From: an uncultured delta proteobacterium
GTDB taxonomy: Bacteria > Desulfobacterota > Binatia > UBA9968
Direction: 5' to 3'
Length of the DNA stretch: 64,000 nucleotides
Assembly: GCA_963847445.1 (NCBI GenBank)
Contig: CAWJZV010000011.1
Span: 1-64,000 of the forward strand
In this document: in pieces, positions 30,995-41,134 of the stretch
Layout: every line of letters begins with the position of its first letter
How positions within the stretch are numbered: the first letter of the stretch is position 1
Translations under genes and position numbers: made by a program
The notes under the pieces: generated by a model
Told to the model about the DNA's origin: nothing
Databases searched by the model: none
What the model saw: the letters and a program-made list of their open reading frames with translations, nothing else

Positions 30995-31671
30995 TTATTT
31001 TGCCATGAAGACCAGAAAATATTGATGCGGCAGGAAGGTATGTTCTTTGCTGAGGCGGAAACCGTTGGCTTCCATCTGTTTGATCAAATCCTCGCGGGCG
31101 ATTTTCATTTGCAGGGGCGGGCCGAAGGGAAGTTCTTTTTTGTGAAAGTCGATCATGACGATCTCGCCGCCGGGTTTGAGCATCTTCTTCATTAGTGAGA
31201 GATATTTCGTTTGATTCTCGACATGGTGCCAGACGTCGCAGATGAAGAAGCGATGGATCGATTGGTCCGGCAGCAGCGGATCGTCCAGGTCGGCGAGGAT
31301 GGAGACGACGTTGACCGATTTGGTTTCGCGGATGCGCCGGTTGATGTGGCGGATCATGTCGGCGCTGACGTCGACGGCGTAGACTTTGCCTTTGTCGCCG
31401 ACATGATGGGCTAGGCGGAATGTGAAATAGCCCGTGCCGGCGCCGATATCGGCGATGGTTTCGCCGGGCTTGATGTTGAGCGCGGCCAGGACCTCATGAG
31501 GTTTCTGATATTCATCGCGCTTGGGGTCCTCCAGAGCTTTCATGTAGGCTTTGGGATCGTTGTGCAGGCGATGCATTTGTTGAGGATCGCGCTTGGCTGC
31601 GTCTTGGGCGTAGCCGTTCGCGATATGAACGCCAGCAATAGCAGTGATAGAGATAACCACGATTGTGTCAT
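30995..31671 (-). CDS. Class I SAM-dependent methyltransferase, probably secreted (frameshift in signal region)
   Basis: RDEYQKP, ADIGAGTGYF and LPHQYF motifs; AGGAGG RBS before ATG 31671. Confidence 0.8.
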
Positions 31672-31865
31672 GATAAAGCGACCTCCTTAACTTGATCTTA
31701 GCGAGTTGGACTGCGCCGGTCCATGTTGCACTTGCGTTGGAGTTGATTGGCATTGCGTTGTTTCCGAATGATATCATCCCGTGAGTGCAAGTCTATCGGC
31801 GGTGACGCGGATTGGAAGACGCTCGGATTTGAGTGTAAAGTGCTGTTGGAGTGGGACCGTGAGAG

Positions 31866-33320
31866 GTGCAAACAATGGGCGAGCTAATTGAATATCAAAT
31901 CGCAATTCAGCGTCGCCGCAATAAGCGCGGCAGTTGGAAACATGCTCGGGAACGTCTGCTCGGTGAAGTCTGGCCGATCATCACGCCGTCCTTCGAGCTG
32001 ACACCCGGTGGTAAAATTTTTACCATCGGTAGCTGCTTCGCGCGCAACATAGAAGAACATATGCAAAGGCTGGGATTTGAGATACCGATGTTAAAGTTTC
32101 GGGTGCCCGCGGAGGAATGGGGCGCGAGAGCTAACGGAATCCTGAACAAATATACGCCGGCCGCCATCTTCCAAGAGATCGAGTGGACTAAAAAGATATA
32201 TGTCAGAGACGGCGTCGTGCGCGAAAGCGATTGTGAGGACTTCCGCTTCGACTGCGATGGGGATTTTTGCCTAGATACCAATTTAGCCGGTTTTAATTTA
32301 GTTTCCCGCCCCCGGTATTTCGAGAGGCGTTGTCAGATTTATGAAGTATTCAAAGAGATCTTTACCGCGGATTGCGTAGTGATCACGTTGGGTCTGATCG
32401 AAGCCTGGTTCGATCGCGACAAGGGCGTCTACATCCAAGAGGTGCCCAGTGGCAAAATCTTCGCGAAGCAGGCTCAGCGGTTTGCGTTCGAGGTGTTGAG
32501 TTACGAACAATGCCGCGATTACATTCAGCGATCCGTCGATACTGTCCGCGCGGTGAATAAGAATGCCAAGATTCTGATTACCACCTCGCCGGTGCCGCTT
32601 AGCCGAACATTCACCACCGACGATGTCATTACAGCTAACTCCCATTCCAAGGCGGTGCTCCGCGCGGTTGCCGGCGACATTGCCGCCGCCAATGTCGCGA
32701 TAGACTATTTCCCGAGTTACGAAAGCGTCAGCGGTACTAAGAACTGGCAGATCTGGGGCGACGATTTGCTCCACGTCTCGGATGCGTTTGTCGGCAAGGT
32801 CGTTTCCCGGTTGACCGACATCTACTGTCCAGGCATCCAGCAGTCGCGCAAAAAGTACTTGGACTTTTACATGGCTTCGAAAGGAGACGATCTCAACGAG
32901 GCATTGGAATTGGGTGAACAACTGACCGAAGATCGCTCTCCCGAGTACCGCGAAAGGTTAAGTCAAGTATTGGAGCGAAAGGGCGAAATCAATGCGGCGG
33001 TGAACGAGCTCAAGAAAGCCGTCGACCAAGCTCCCGCCGAACCAAGGCTCAGGTTTCAATTCAGCAAACTTTTGGCGCAAAGCGGCCGCATGCAGGATGC
33101 TCTGTCTGAAGCTCGTTATTGTGTGGCATTAGATCCGACGAATCTGCGCTATCGCCGCCATCTAGTCACTCTCTACGCGGCGGATAGAAACTACCTCCAC
33201 GCACTTGGCCAACGCGTGTTGGCGGCACTCTATCGGCGCCAGTCTAAAACTCAAAATGTAACCCTGAAGCGTTTGCTGCAGCTCTTTTGCCACCAAGGCG
33301 TCACCGCGCAAAAACCTTGA
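31866..33320 (+). CDS. GSCFA domain protein with C-terminal TPR repeats
   Basis: TIGSCFAR, TLGL.E.W, T.SPVPL, YFPSYE and HV motifs, followed by TPR-like helices. Confidence 0.85.
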   Translation: MQTMGELIEYQIAIQRRRNKRGSWKHARERLLGEVWPIITPSFELTPGGKIFTIGSCFARNIEEHMQRLGFEIPMLKFRVPAEEWGARANGILNKYTPAAIFQEIEWTKKIYVRDGVVRESDCEDFRFDCDGDFCLDTNLAGFNLVSRPRYFERRCQIYEVFKEIFTADCVVITLGLIEAWFDRDKGVYIQEVPSGKIFAKQAQRFAFEVLSYEQCRDYIQRSVDTVRAVNKNAKILITTSPVPLSRTFTTDDVITANSHSKAVLRAVAGDIAAANVAIDYFPSYESVSGTKNWQIWGDDLLHVSDAFVGKVVSRLTDIYCPGIQQSRKKYLDFYMASKGDDLNEALELGEQLTEDRSPEYRERLSQVLERKGEINAAVNELKKAVDQAPAEPRLRFQFSKLLAQSGRMQDALSEARYCVALDPTNLRYRRHLVTLYAADRNYLHALGQRVLAALYRRQSKTQNVTLKRLLQLFCHQGVTAQKP

Positions 33321-33529
33321 ATGCGGTTTGTGCCAGGCGGTGCTGCTATGCGGCGCCGACCGAGGCGAAGATAAATCGATTTAAATTAGCACCGGGCGAA
33401 CCGTCCGTGCTCAAATGTCGCCAAGGCCTACCTTTCCCCGTCTGATGCGAGTTCTTATGAATGCTTCTCGCTCCAGAAATTACGATTCGACGTTGCCTGT
33501 TTTGCCGTTTCCCTGTATTCCTAATCGCT

Positions 33530-34900
33530 ATGGCGCAAACTGAACTCAAGCGGCAAATCGGGTTGTTTTCAGCGGTGATGTTGATCGCCGGCGATATGAT
33601 CGGCACGGGAATTTTTATTTCTACCGGGGCGATCGCGGAGACCTTGCCGTCGCCCGGCGGTGTCTTGCTCGTCTGGCTTTTTGGCGGCTTGCTGGCTCTT
33701 GCCGGCGCGCTGACTTGCGCGGAATTGGCCGCAAGCCTGCCTTACGCTGGAGGCGACTACATTTACATCCGCGAGGCTTACGGCAGACTGATGGGATTTC
33801 TCTCCGGCTGGTCTTCGTTTCTCGTAACCTTTTCCGGCGCCATCGCATTTCTCTCGGTCATCTTGAACGGCTTTGTGTCATTCTTTTTCCCCATCTTGGG
33901 GTCGGAAGAAGTGATCTTTTCTCTGCCTCTGCCGTTGATACCGATCACCGTCAAAATAGGCACGCTGTTTTCCATTGGGGTCGTGTTGCTCTTGTCCGGA
34001 CTCCACTGTCTGGGCGTCCGGCAAGGAACTTTGACGCAGAATATCTTGACGATCTTGAAGATCGGCGCGCTCCTGGGGATCATTCTCCTCGGCATATTCT
34101 TCGGCAACGGCAACACGAGCCACTTCGAACCGCTGTTCGACTGGAGTAAGATCGGCAACTCCAGTTTGTTCGGCGCGGCCTTCATTCCGGTGATCTTTGC
34201 CTACTCGGGCTGGAACGCGGTGACCTACATTGCCGGCGAAGTGAAAGATCCGGATAAGAACCTGCCACGGGCGTTGATGTACGGCGTGCTTATCGTGATC
34301 GCGCTCTACTTGGCGATTAACGCCGTCTATATCTATGCCGTGCCGGTGACCGAGATGAAGGGCGCGCTGCGCATGTCGGAAGTCGCGACCACGGCGCTGT
34401 TCGGCTACAAGACCTCGGCCTGGATCACCGCAATCATCACGGTGTCGATTCTCGGCGCGCTCAACGTGGTGACGATGATCGGGCCACGCATCTACTATGC
34501 GATGGCGAAGGACGGTGTCTTCTTTCACCAGCTCACCTACGTTCATCCGAACTTCGGCACGCCCACCAAGGCGATTCTGCTCCAAGCCTTGTGGTGTTGT
34601 CTGCTGATTCTCACCAATACTTGGGGCACTTTGTTTACCTATGTCAGCGTGGTCATCACACTTTTCTCCGCTTTCACGGTAGGCTCGGTGATCGTGCTTC
34701 GTATCAAGCGGCCGGAACTCAAACGGCCCTATCGGCTGTGGGGTTATCCGCTGGTGCCGATACTCTTTGTCCTGGTTCACCTATGGATCGTCTGGGGCTC
34801 GGTGACCGAAAAGCCGAAAGAATCATTGATCGGTCTCGCCATCGTTTGCCTGGGCATTCCGGCTTATTTGATCTGGCGTAAGCGGGCAACGCAAAGCTGA
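33530..34900 (+). CDS. APC family amino acid permease
   Basis: IGTGIF, AEL..P.AGG.Y, AYSGWN and RPYR..GYP motifs. Confidence 0.92.
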   Translation: MAQTELKRQIGLFSAVMLIAGDMIGTGIFISTGAIAETLPSPGGVLLVWLFGGLLALAGALTCAELAASLPYAGGDYIYIREAYGRLMGFLSGWSSFLVTFSGAIAFLSVILNGFVSFFFPILGSEEVIFSLPLPLIPITVKIGTLFSIGVVLLLSGLHCLGVRQGTLTQNILTILKIGALLGIILLGIFFGNGNTSHFEPLFDWSKIGNSSLFGAAFIPVIFAYSGWNAVTYIAGEVKDPDKNLPRALMYGVLIVIALYLAINAVYIYAVPVTEMKGALRMSEVATTALFGYKTSAWITAIITVSILGALNVVTMIGPRIYYAMAKDGVFFHQLTYVHPNFGTPTKAILLQALWCCLLILTNTWGTLFTYVSVVITLFSAFTVGSVIVLRIKRPELKRPYRLWGYPLVPILFVLVHLWIVWGSVTEKPKESLIGLAIVCLGIPAYLIWRKRATQS

Positions 34901-34971
34901 ATGGATAATTGAGAATGGATAATGGAAAATGCCGCCCGCGCTCCCTAATTTTCCATTTTCCATTATCCATT
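34899..34971. repeat. Inverted arrays of 7-bp (AATGGAN) units
   Basis: aatggataattgagaatggataatggaaaat / attttccattttccattatccatt. Confidence 0.7.
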
Positions 34972-34981
34972 AATTTGAAAT

Positions 34982-35605
34982 ATGGCTGTTCGTATCAATA
35001 AAGTTTACACGCGCACGGGCGACCGGGGCGAGACCGGGCTGGTCGGCGGCAAGCGCGTCGCCAAGGACTCGCTGCGGGTCGAGGCCTATGGCGCCGTCGA
35101 TGAGCTGAACTCGATTGTCGGCGTGGCGCGGGTGTTTAACGAAGAAGATCGCGAATCCGGCGAAGGGCATCGGTTTCTCGACGAAGTCCTGTGCCAGATC
35201 CAAGACGAGCTGTTCGATATCGGCAGCGAGCTGGCGACGCCGCCGGAGTTTTTCCAAGCGGGCATGTACCGCGTCGGCGCGGATGAGATCAAGCGGCTGG
35301 AAAAATGGATCGACCAGTGCCAGAAAGATCTCGAACCGTTGCAGTCCTTCATCCTGCCCGGCGGCGGCCGCATCGGCGCCTACTTGCACCAGTGCCGCAC
35401 GGTGTGCCGGCGCGTCGAACGGGATGTCTTGCGCTTGTCGCGCGAGGAAATGATCAACGACGACGTGATTAAATATCTCAACCGGCTAAGCGATCTGTTT
35501 TTCGTCTTGGCGCGCTGGATCAGCCATCAGATGGGCGAGCGGTACTTTGGCAGCGCGGATTCGTGGCAGCGCGGACTGAATAATCAAGGCAAAAGGAAAA
35601 AGTAA
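34982..35605 (+). CDS. pduO: ATP:cob(I)alamin adenosyltransferase, PduO type
   Basis: KVYTRTGDRGET, FILPGG, RTVCRR.ER and YLNRLSD motifs. Confidence 0.9.
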   Translation: MAVRINKVYTRTGDRGETGLVGGKRVAKDSLRVEAYGAVDELNSIVGVARVFNEEDRESGEGHRFLDEVLCQIQDELFDIGSELATPPEFFQAGMYRVGADEIKRLEKWIDQCQKDLEPLQSFILPGGGRIGAYLHQCRTVCRRVERDVLRLSREEMINDDVIKYLNRLSDLFFVLARWISHQMGERYFGSADSWQRGLNNQGKRKK

Positions 35606-35658
35606 GAAGGGCAAGATTCCGGACGTTCATTGGAGCACTCTGGGGAGGGCGATTAGAA

Positions 35659-36429
35659 ATGGGTCTACTCGACGGGAAGAAGGCGGCGATCTTTGGCGTG
35701 GCCAATGAGCGGAGCATCGCTTGGGCGATCGCGGAGGCGTTTCATGCGGAGGGGGCGGAGCTGGCGTTTACCTTCGCCGGCGAGATTTTGGAAAAGCGCG
35801 TGCGGCCGTTGGCCGAGGGGATCGGCTCGAAAATTATCTTGCCCTGCGACGTGACCAAGGACGAAGAGGTCGAAAAAGTTTTCGCGACGCTCAAGCAAGA
35901 ATGGGGCGGTCTCGACATCTTGATCCACGCCATCGCCTTCGCCAACAAAGAAGACCTGGCCAATCCCTATGTGCAGACCAGCCGCGCTGGATTTCATCTG
36001 GCGATGGACGTCAGCGCCTATTCACTGGTTTCACTGACGCGCCACGCCGCGCCGCTGATGGAAGGACGCAACGGTGCGGTGCTAACGCTGACCTACATGG
36101 GTTCGGAAAAAGTCATTCCGAATTACAATGTCATGGGCGTGGCCAAAGCCGCGTTGGAAGCGAGCGTGCGTTATCTGGCCCATGATCTCGGACCGAAGGG
36201 GATTCGCGTCAATGCGATCTCCGCCGGACCGCTGCGAACCCTCGCGGCGGCGGGAATTTCCGACTTCAAGTCCATGCTGCACCATGTCGCCGAGCGGGCG
36301 CCGCTGAAGCGCAACATCGACGCCGAAGAGGTCGGCAAGACCGCGCTATATCTCTGCAGCGACTGGGGCAGCGCCGTGACCGGCGAAGTCGTGCACGTCG
36401 ACGCCGGCTACAATATTATGGGAATGTGA
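35659..36429 (+). CDS. fabI: Enoyl-ACP reductase
   Basis: GVANERSIAW, YNVMGVAK and AGPLRTLAA motifs. Confidence 0.95.
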   Translation: MGLLDGKKAAIFGVANERSIAWAIAEAFHAEGAELAFTFAGEILEKRVRPLAEGIGSKIILPCDVTKDEEVEKVFATLKQEWGGLDILIHAIAFANKEDLANPYVQTSRAGFHLAMDVSAYSLVSLTRHAAPLMEGRNGAVLTLTYMGSEKVIPNYNVMGVAKAALEASVRYLAHDLGPKGIRVNAISAGPLRTLAAAGISDFKSMLHHVAERAPLKRNIDAEEVGKTALYLCSDWGSAVTGEVVHVDAGYNIMGM

Positions 36430-36440
36430 GATGAATGGCT

Positions 36441-36514
36441 GAATGGAGTGATGGAGTAGTGGAGTGATGGGTTGCGGATTTCCGACCCAATACTCCATCA
36501 CTCCAGTACTCCAA
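36441..36514. repeat. Inverted arrays of 8-bp TGGAGTNN units around a conserved loop
   Basis: tggagtgatggagtagtggagtgatgggttgcggatttccgacccaatactccatcactccagtactcca; same as 48604-48693. Confidence 0.8.
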
Positions 36515-36529
36515 CTTTCCAGAGGGCTT

Positions 36530-36972
36530 ATGGCAGTTCAAAGAGATCACACCACAACAAGCGCACGAAACTCTAAGCGCCGACAGGACCGTCGTCTACA
36601 TCGACGTGCGCACGGCGCAGGAGTTTGCCAACGGCCATCCGGCCGGCGCGGTAAACATCCCCGTGGCGTTTGCCGATCCGGCGCGCGGCATGGTGTTGAA
36701 TCGCGAACTTCGTCAACGTCGTCGAGAAAAACTTTGCCAAAGACAAGAAAATCATCGTCGGTTGCCAGGCCGGTCCGCGCTCCACTCGAGCGGCCGGTAT
36801 GCTGTTAGAAGCCGGTTATCAGGACATTGCCAACTTACTCGGCGGCTTCGGCGGCATGCGCGATCAATCTGGAACGGTCATCGCGCCGGGCTGGTCGGCG
36901 TCGGGACTGCCGGTGAGTAGTGATAATGGCGACGGGGTAAGCTACCAATCGCTTTCAGCGAAAGGACGCTGA
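36530..36972 (+). CDS. Rhodanese-like sulfurtransferase (frameshifted)
   Basis: IDVRTAQEF..GHP.GAVNIP; GCQAGPRS; LLGGF across frames. Confidence 0.8.
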
Positions 36973-37033
36973 AGGCGAATTCCATATGGCAGATTTCACA
37001 TTACAAATTCCGTAACGTTACTACATTGCTCTT

Positions 37034-37709
37034 ATGAATCCTGCGCTTTACTTTAAACAGCTCGAAATCGGCCCGATGCAGAACTACGTTTATCTGATCG
37101 GTTCGACGGAAACACGCAAAGTTGCTGTCGTCGACGCCGCTTGGGAGATCGACACGATTGTCAAAACCGCGGCGCAGGACGGCATGGAAATCACCCATGC
37201 TTTCGTCACCCACACCCACCCGGATCATGTCGGCGGTGGCGTTTGCCGGGATGGCGATCGATGGTGTAAGCGAGCTGTTGGAGAAGTGCAAAGCCAAAGT
37301 GGTGGTGCATAAGGCCGAGGCGGAGTTTCTCAAAGGCTTGGTGGCGTCGGACCTGATCAAGACCGATCACGGCGACAAGATCGACGTCGGCGGTATCGAG
37401 ATCGAGCTCATGCACACCCCCGGCCACACGCCGGGCTCGCAGTGCTTCCTGGTCGACGGCCGCGTGGTCTCAGGCGACACGATGTTCATCGACGCCTGCG
37501 GCCGAGTGGACTTCCCGGGCGGCAATGCCGAGCAGATGTATTACAGCCTGACGCAAAAACTGATGGCCCTGCCCAATGAAACGATTCTGTTCCCCGGCCA
37601 CAACTACGCTGCGCTTGCGCACGCCACCATCGGCGAGCAGAAGAAGACCAATCCCTATTTAAGATTTGGCTCGCTGAAACAGTTCCTGGCGGCGATGGGG
37701 TATCGCTGA
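37034..37709 (+). CDS. MBL-fold hydrolase (glyoxalase II / persulfide dioxygenase-like), frameshifted
   Basis: THTHPDH, HTPGHT, SGDT and PGHNY motifs. Confidence 0.85.
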
Positions 37710-37725
37710 GCGCTGCGCGCTCAGC

Positions 37726-37820
37726 GAATTCCAGATTACAAATTCCAGATTCAATAGCCGGGCTGCTGATTCAGTGGCAAATTCCCAATCTGGAATTTGA
37801 AATCTGAAATTTGAAATTTC
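37726..37820. repeat. Inverted arrays of 7-bp (AAATTCC/AGATT) units
   Basis: aattccagattacaaattccagattc / aatctggaatttgaaatctgaaatttgaaatt. Confidence 0.7.
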
Positions 37821-37828
37821 GCCGGGAT

Positions 37829-38866
37829 CTACGGCGCTTTGCCAATGAATTTGTTGGTCCAGAGCAATCCTTCGGTGGCTGTCGGGATCTTCGCGCGGTC
37901 TTTCAACATGCCGGCGCCGGCGGCGAAGTTGATGATCTTGTTCCAGCCGTCCACCGTCATGTTGCCCCACTTGGGCATGGCCGGAGCGACCATGCTGTAG
38001 GCCAGGTTGAACACATCGTCTTCCAACTTCGATTTGTCGGAAAATTTATGGGCGCGCAGGGCGGCTTTGAACTCGTTGGGTTTGCTGTGGTAGAGCGCGC
38101 CGGCGCGGGAGATCGCGCGGGACACCGCGGTGGTGGTGGCGCGGTTGGCCTCGGCGTAGTCGGGGCGGGCCATCAAAACTTCAAAGTGATAGTCGGTGAA
38201 TTCGGGGATTTCGCCCAGCCCCAACGGAATCAGCGCGTAGCCTTTGCCGGCGGCTTCGGTGATTTCCACCGACGGCGGCGATTGGGCGAAGCCATCGATG
38301 ACGTTGTTCATCAGCGCCGGCACCAGTTCATTGCCGCCGAGGGCGGCGAACTTCAACTTGCTCGGGTCGGCGCCTTTGGCCTTGTTGGCCATGAAGCGAA
38401 AGATCTGCTCCGACACCGCGCCGGGGCCGGTGGTGCCGATGGTGCCAAGGTGATTCACCACCTGCATGCGCTCTTGCAGCGGACTTTTGCGCGTGAGCTT
38501 TAATTTATCGACGATCGCTTTGCGCACGCCGACGGTGAGCGTCATGTTACGGTTATGCGACTGCACGGCGATCAGCGGCGCGCCTTCGGCGTAGGCAAGG
38601 ATCAAACCTTCCGACGACGACGCGCAGAACTGCGCCGAACGGCCGACCACGGCGCTCTGGCATTGCGAGCCGCCGCCGGCGACGACGACTTTGGCGCGCA
38701 CGCCTTCCTGGTCGAAATATTTCAACTGCTCGGCGACCCAGACCGCCGAGAAGGCCAGGTTGGAAACCGCCGTGGTGATAGTAATTTCTTCTTTTTGCTG
38801 AGCGCCGACGGTGACGGCGCTCCCGGCCAGGATGGCGATGGCCAGCGCGCATAGCTTTTTATTCAT
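37829..38866 (-). CDS. NitT/TauT ABC substrate-binding protein
   Basis: Signal peptide; KYFDQEGV; in operon with permease and ATPase. Confidence 0.85.
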   Translation of the reverse strand: MNKKLCALAIAILAGSAVTVGAQQKEEITITTAVSNLAFSAVWVAEQLKYFDQEGVRAKVVVAGGGSQCQSAVVGRSAQFCASSSEGLILAYAEGAPLIAVQSHNRNMTLTVGVRKAIVDKLKLTRKSPLQERMQVVNHLGTIGTTGPGAVSEQIFRFMANKAKGADPSKLKFAALGGNELVPALMNNVIDGFAQSPPSVEITEAAGKGYALIPLGLGEIPEFTDYHFEVLMARPDYAEANRATTTAVSRAISRAGALYHSKPNEFKAALRAHKFSDKSKLEDDVFNLAYSMVAPAMPKWGNMTVDGWNKIINFAAGAGMLKDRAKIPTATEGLLWTNKFIGKAP

Positions 38867-38876
38867 TGAAACCTCC

Positions 38877-39713
38877 TTATCCTTGTACCTGGACGCTTTC
38901 GGTCTGAGTCTGCCAGCGCAACACGCGCCGTTCGATCAGATCGGCAACTTTGTTCATCAGGATTACGATTATCATCAAGACGGCGATGCCGACAAACACG
39001 TCGGCGGTTCTAAACACGCCGGCGGCGGCGCGGATATAATAGCCCAGCCCTTCGGTGGCGGCGATGAATTCGCCGGTGATGGCGCCGATGACCGAGAACG
39101 GGATGCTGGTTTTGAAGCCGGTGATGATGTACGGCGACACCGCCGGCAGGATGACGCGAAAGGACAAGCGCCAGCGGTTGGCGCCCATCAGCCGCGCCAG
39201 ATCGACGAACTCTTGATCGAGCTGTTTCATGCCGGCGTAGGTGTTAAAAAAATTCAGAAAGAAAACCAGGATGAAGACGACGCCGACCTTGGACCAGATG
39301 CCGATGCCTAACCAGACGATGAACAGCGGCGCCAGCGCCGTGCGCGGCACGCCGTAGAGCGCGATGATGATGGGCTCGAAGATATCAGCCAACGCTTTGC
39401 TCCTGCCGAAAATATAGCCGGTCCAAATGCCGGTCAAGGCGCCGATGGGAAAGCCGATGCCGATCTCTTGAAAGGTCACCCAGGTATTATTGATCAGCTC
39501 GCCGGATTGAAAGGCCTGCAAAAACGCCTTCCAGATCTTGCTCGGGCTGCTGATCAAGAACGCTTCGATCCAGCGGCCCGAGGCGACTTCCCAGAGCAGG
39601 AAGAAACCGCCGACGACGAAGATGCGAATGGCGTGAATCATCAGGTTGCGGCGCCAGCCAGGCTGTGACAGAGTCGGCGTGCGGCGGATTTGCGATTGTC
39701 GATCGGTGCTCAT
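38877..39713 (-). CDS. ABC permease (NitT/TauT)
   Basis: P..ALAPLF..W.G; LARLMGA..ILPA; GEF..GLG. Confidence 0.9.
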   Translation of the reverse strand: MSTDRQSQIRRTPTLSQPGWRRNLMIHAIRIFVVGGFFLLWEVASGRWIEAFLISSPSKIWKAFLQAFQSGELINNTWVTFQEIGIGFPIGALTGIWTGYIFGRSKALADIFEPIIIALYGVPRTALAPLFIVWLGIGIWSKVGVVFILVFFLNFFNTYAGMKQLDQEFVDLARLMGANRWRLSFRVILPAVSPYIITGFKTSIPFSVIGAITGEFIAATEGLGYYIRAAAGVFRTADVFVGIAVLMIIVILMNKVADLIERRVLRWQTQTESVQVQG

Positions 39714-39714
39714 G

Positions 39715-40539
39715 TCACTCTTCAGTTGTCGGGTCGGCGCCGTTGTCCCGCACATTGAGCTCATGGCGGAAAATATTCCACAGCCGCGCATGGGCTTCGT
39801 CAAAACCATCTTGCCGGTGGATTTCGAAAATATTGCGCGGCCGGCGTCATCGGCACGGTGATTACGTCGCGGATTTTTCCGGGCCGGTGGGTCATGACCA
39901 CGACGCGGTCGGCCAGCGCCACGGCTTCGACCAGATCATGGGTTACGAAGATGATCGTCTGGCGCTTTTGCTCCCAGATTTTCAACAGCTCGTCTTGCAG
40001 GATCATGCGCGTCTGGGCGTCCAGCGGACCGAAGGGTTCGTCCATCAATATCACCGTGGGATCGTAGGCGAGGGCGCGGACGATGGAGGCGCGCTTGGCC
40101 ATGCCGCCGGAGAGCTGCGAGGGATAACGTTTCTCAAAACCGGCCAGTCCGGCCAGCTGGATGAAGTGGCTGCACGCGCTGCGTCGCGCTCTTCTTTCGA
40201 ATAGGCTTTGCTGTCGAGACCGAAGGCGACGTTTTCTTCGACGGTGAGCCAGGGGAAGAGTTTACTTTCCTGGGGCACGTAGCCGACCTTGGTATTGAGA
40301 CCGCGCACTTCTTCGCCCTGGCAGATAATCCGCCCGGCGCTCAAACCGACCAGGCCGGCGATTAATTTTATCAACGTCGACTTGCCGCAACCGCTCGGGC
40401 CGACCACGGTGACAAACTCGCCGTGACGAATTTCGAGTGAGATGTTGTCCAGCGCACCGACTTGGTCGGCGTCGGCGGTGTGAAAAGTTTTCGCAACGTT
40501 TTCGACTCGGATGACGATTGGGTCTAGCGGCTGTGCCAT
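39715..40539 (-). CDS. ABC ATP-binding protein (frameshifted)
   Basis: GPSGCGKST; LSGGM; MDEPFGPLD; VTHD. Confidence 0.9.
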
Positions 40540-40639
40540 AGGTTCCGGTTGACTCGCTCGGCGTCGCGCCGACGAGAAATCGGGTCACTTTATATCATAA
40601 GGGAATTTTGCCGTTGCAAGTCTTTGGCCGAAGAGAACG

Positions 40640-40999
40640 CGATCTGGTTGATGTACCTGTACCCGGGGGGGCGATGAGATTTTCAAGATCTACGGCGGCG
40701 TGTGGAAAAAACTGGGCAGACAAAAAGTGGTCGCGCCCAAGCATGGCTGCTGGGAGAATCTCGCCAAGGCGCTCAAGCCCTACGGCGTGGCGAAAGAAGA
40801 TGTGCCGAGCCCGCTGCAACGTTTTTCAAACCATGGTGATCAACGCCAAGACCGGCAGCATGCGCTACTCGATGACCCGGCCGGGGCCGGAGGCGACATG
40901 GTCGACTTACGCTCTGAGATGGATTGCCTGGTCGGCATCAGCGCTGTCCGGAAGGCGGGCGGGGGAAGAGATCTGCGTGATAGTTATCTACAAACCGTG
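40640..40999 (+). pseudogene. C-terminal fragment of a DUF1989 (urea carboxylase-associated) protein
   Basis: HGCWENLAKAL..G....DVPSP.NVFQ..GD.VDLRSEMDCLVGISA across frames; N-terminal part not seen. Confidence 0.6.
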
Positions 41000-41134
41000 A
41001 CGTTCGTGTATCGGCAATCTGATCGCACGACGTTCGTCAAGCAGTTCAAATCGTTTAAGCCGTTCAAACCGTATCGGAGATTGCATCCGTTCGACGTTGG
41101 AACCATAGGAGCTGCAGGAACGATTGGAACAGGC

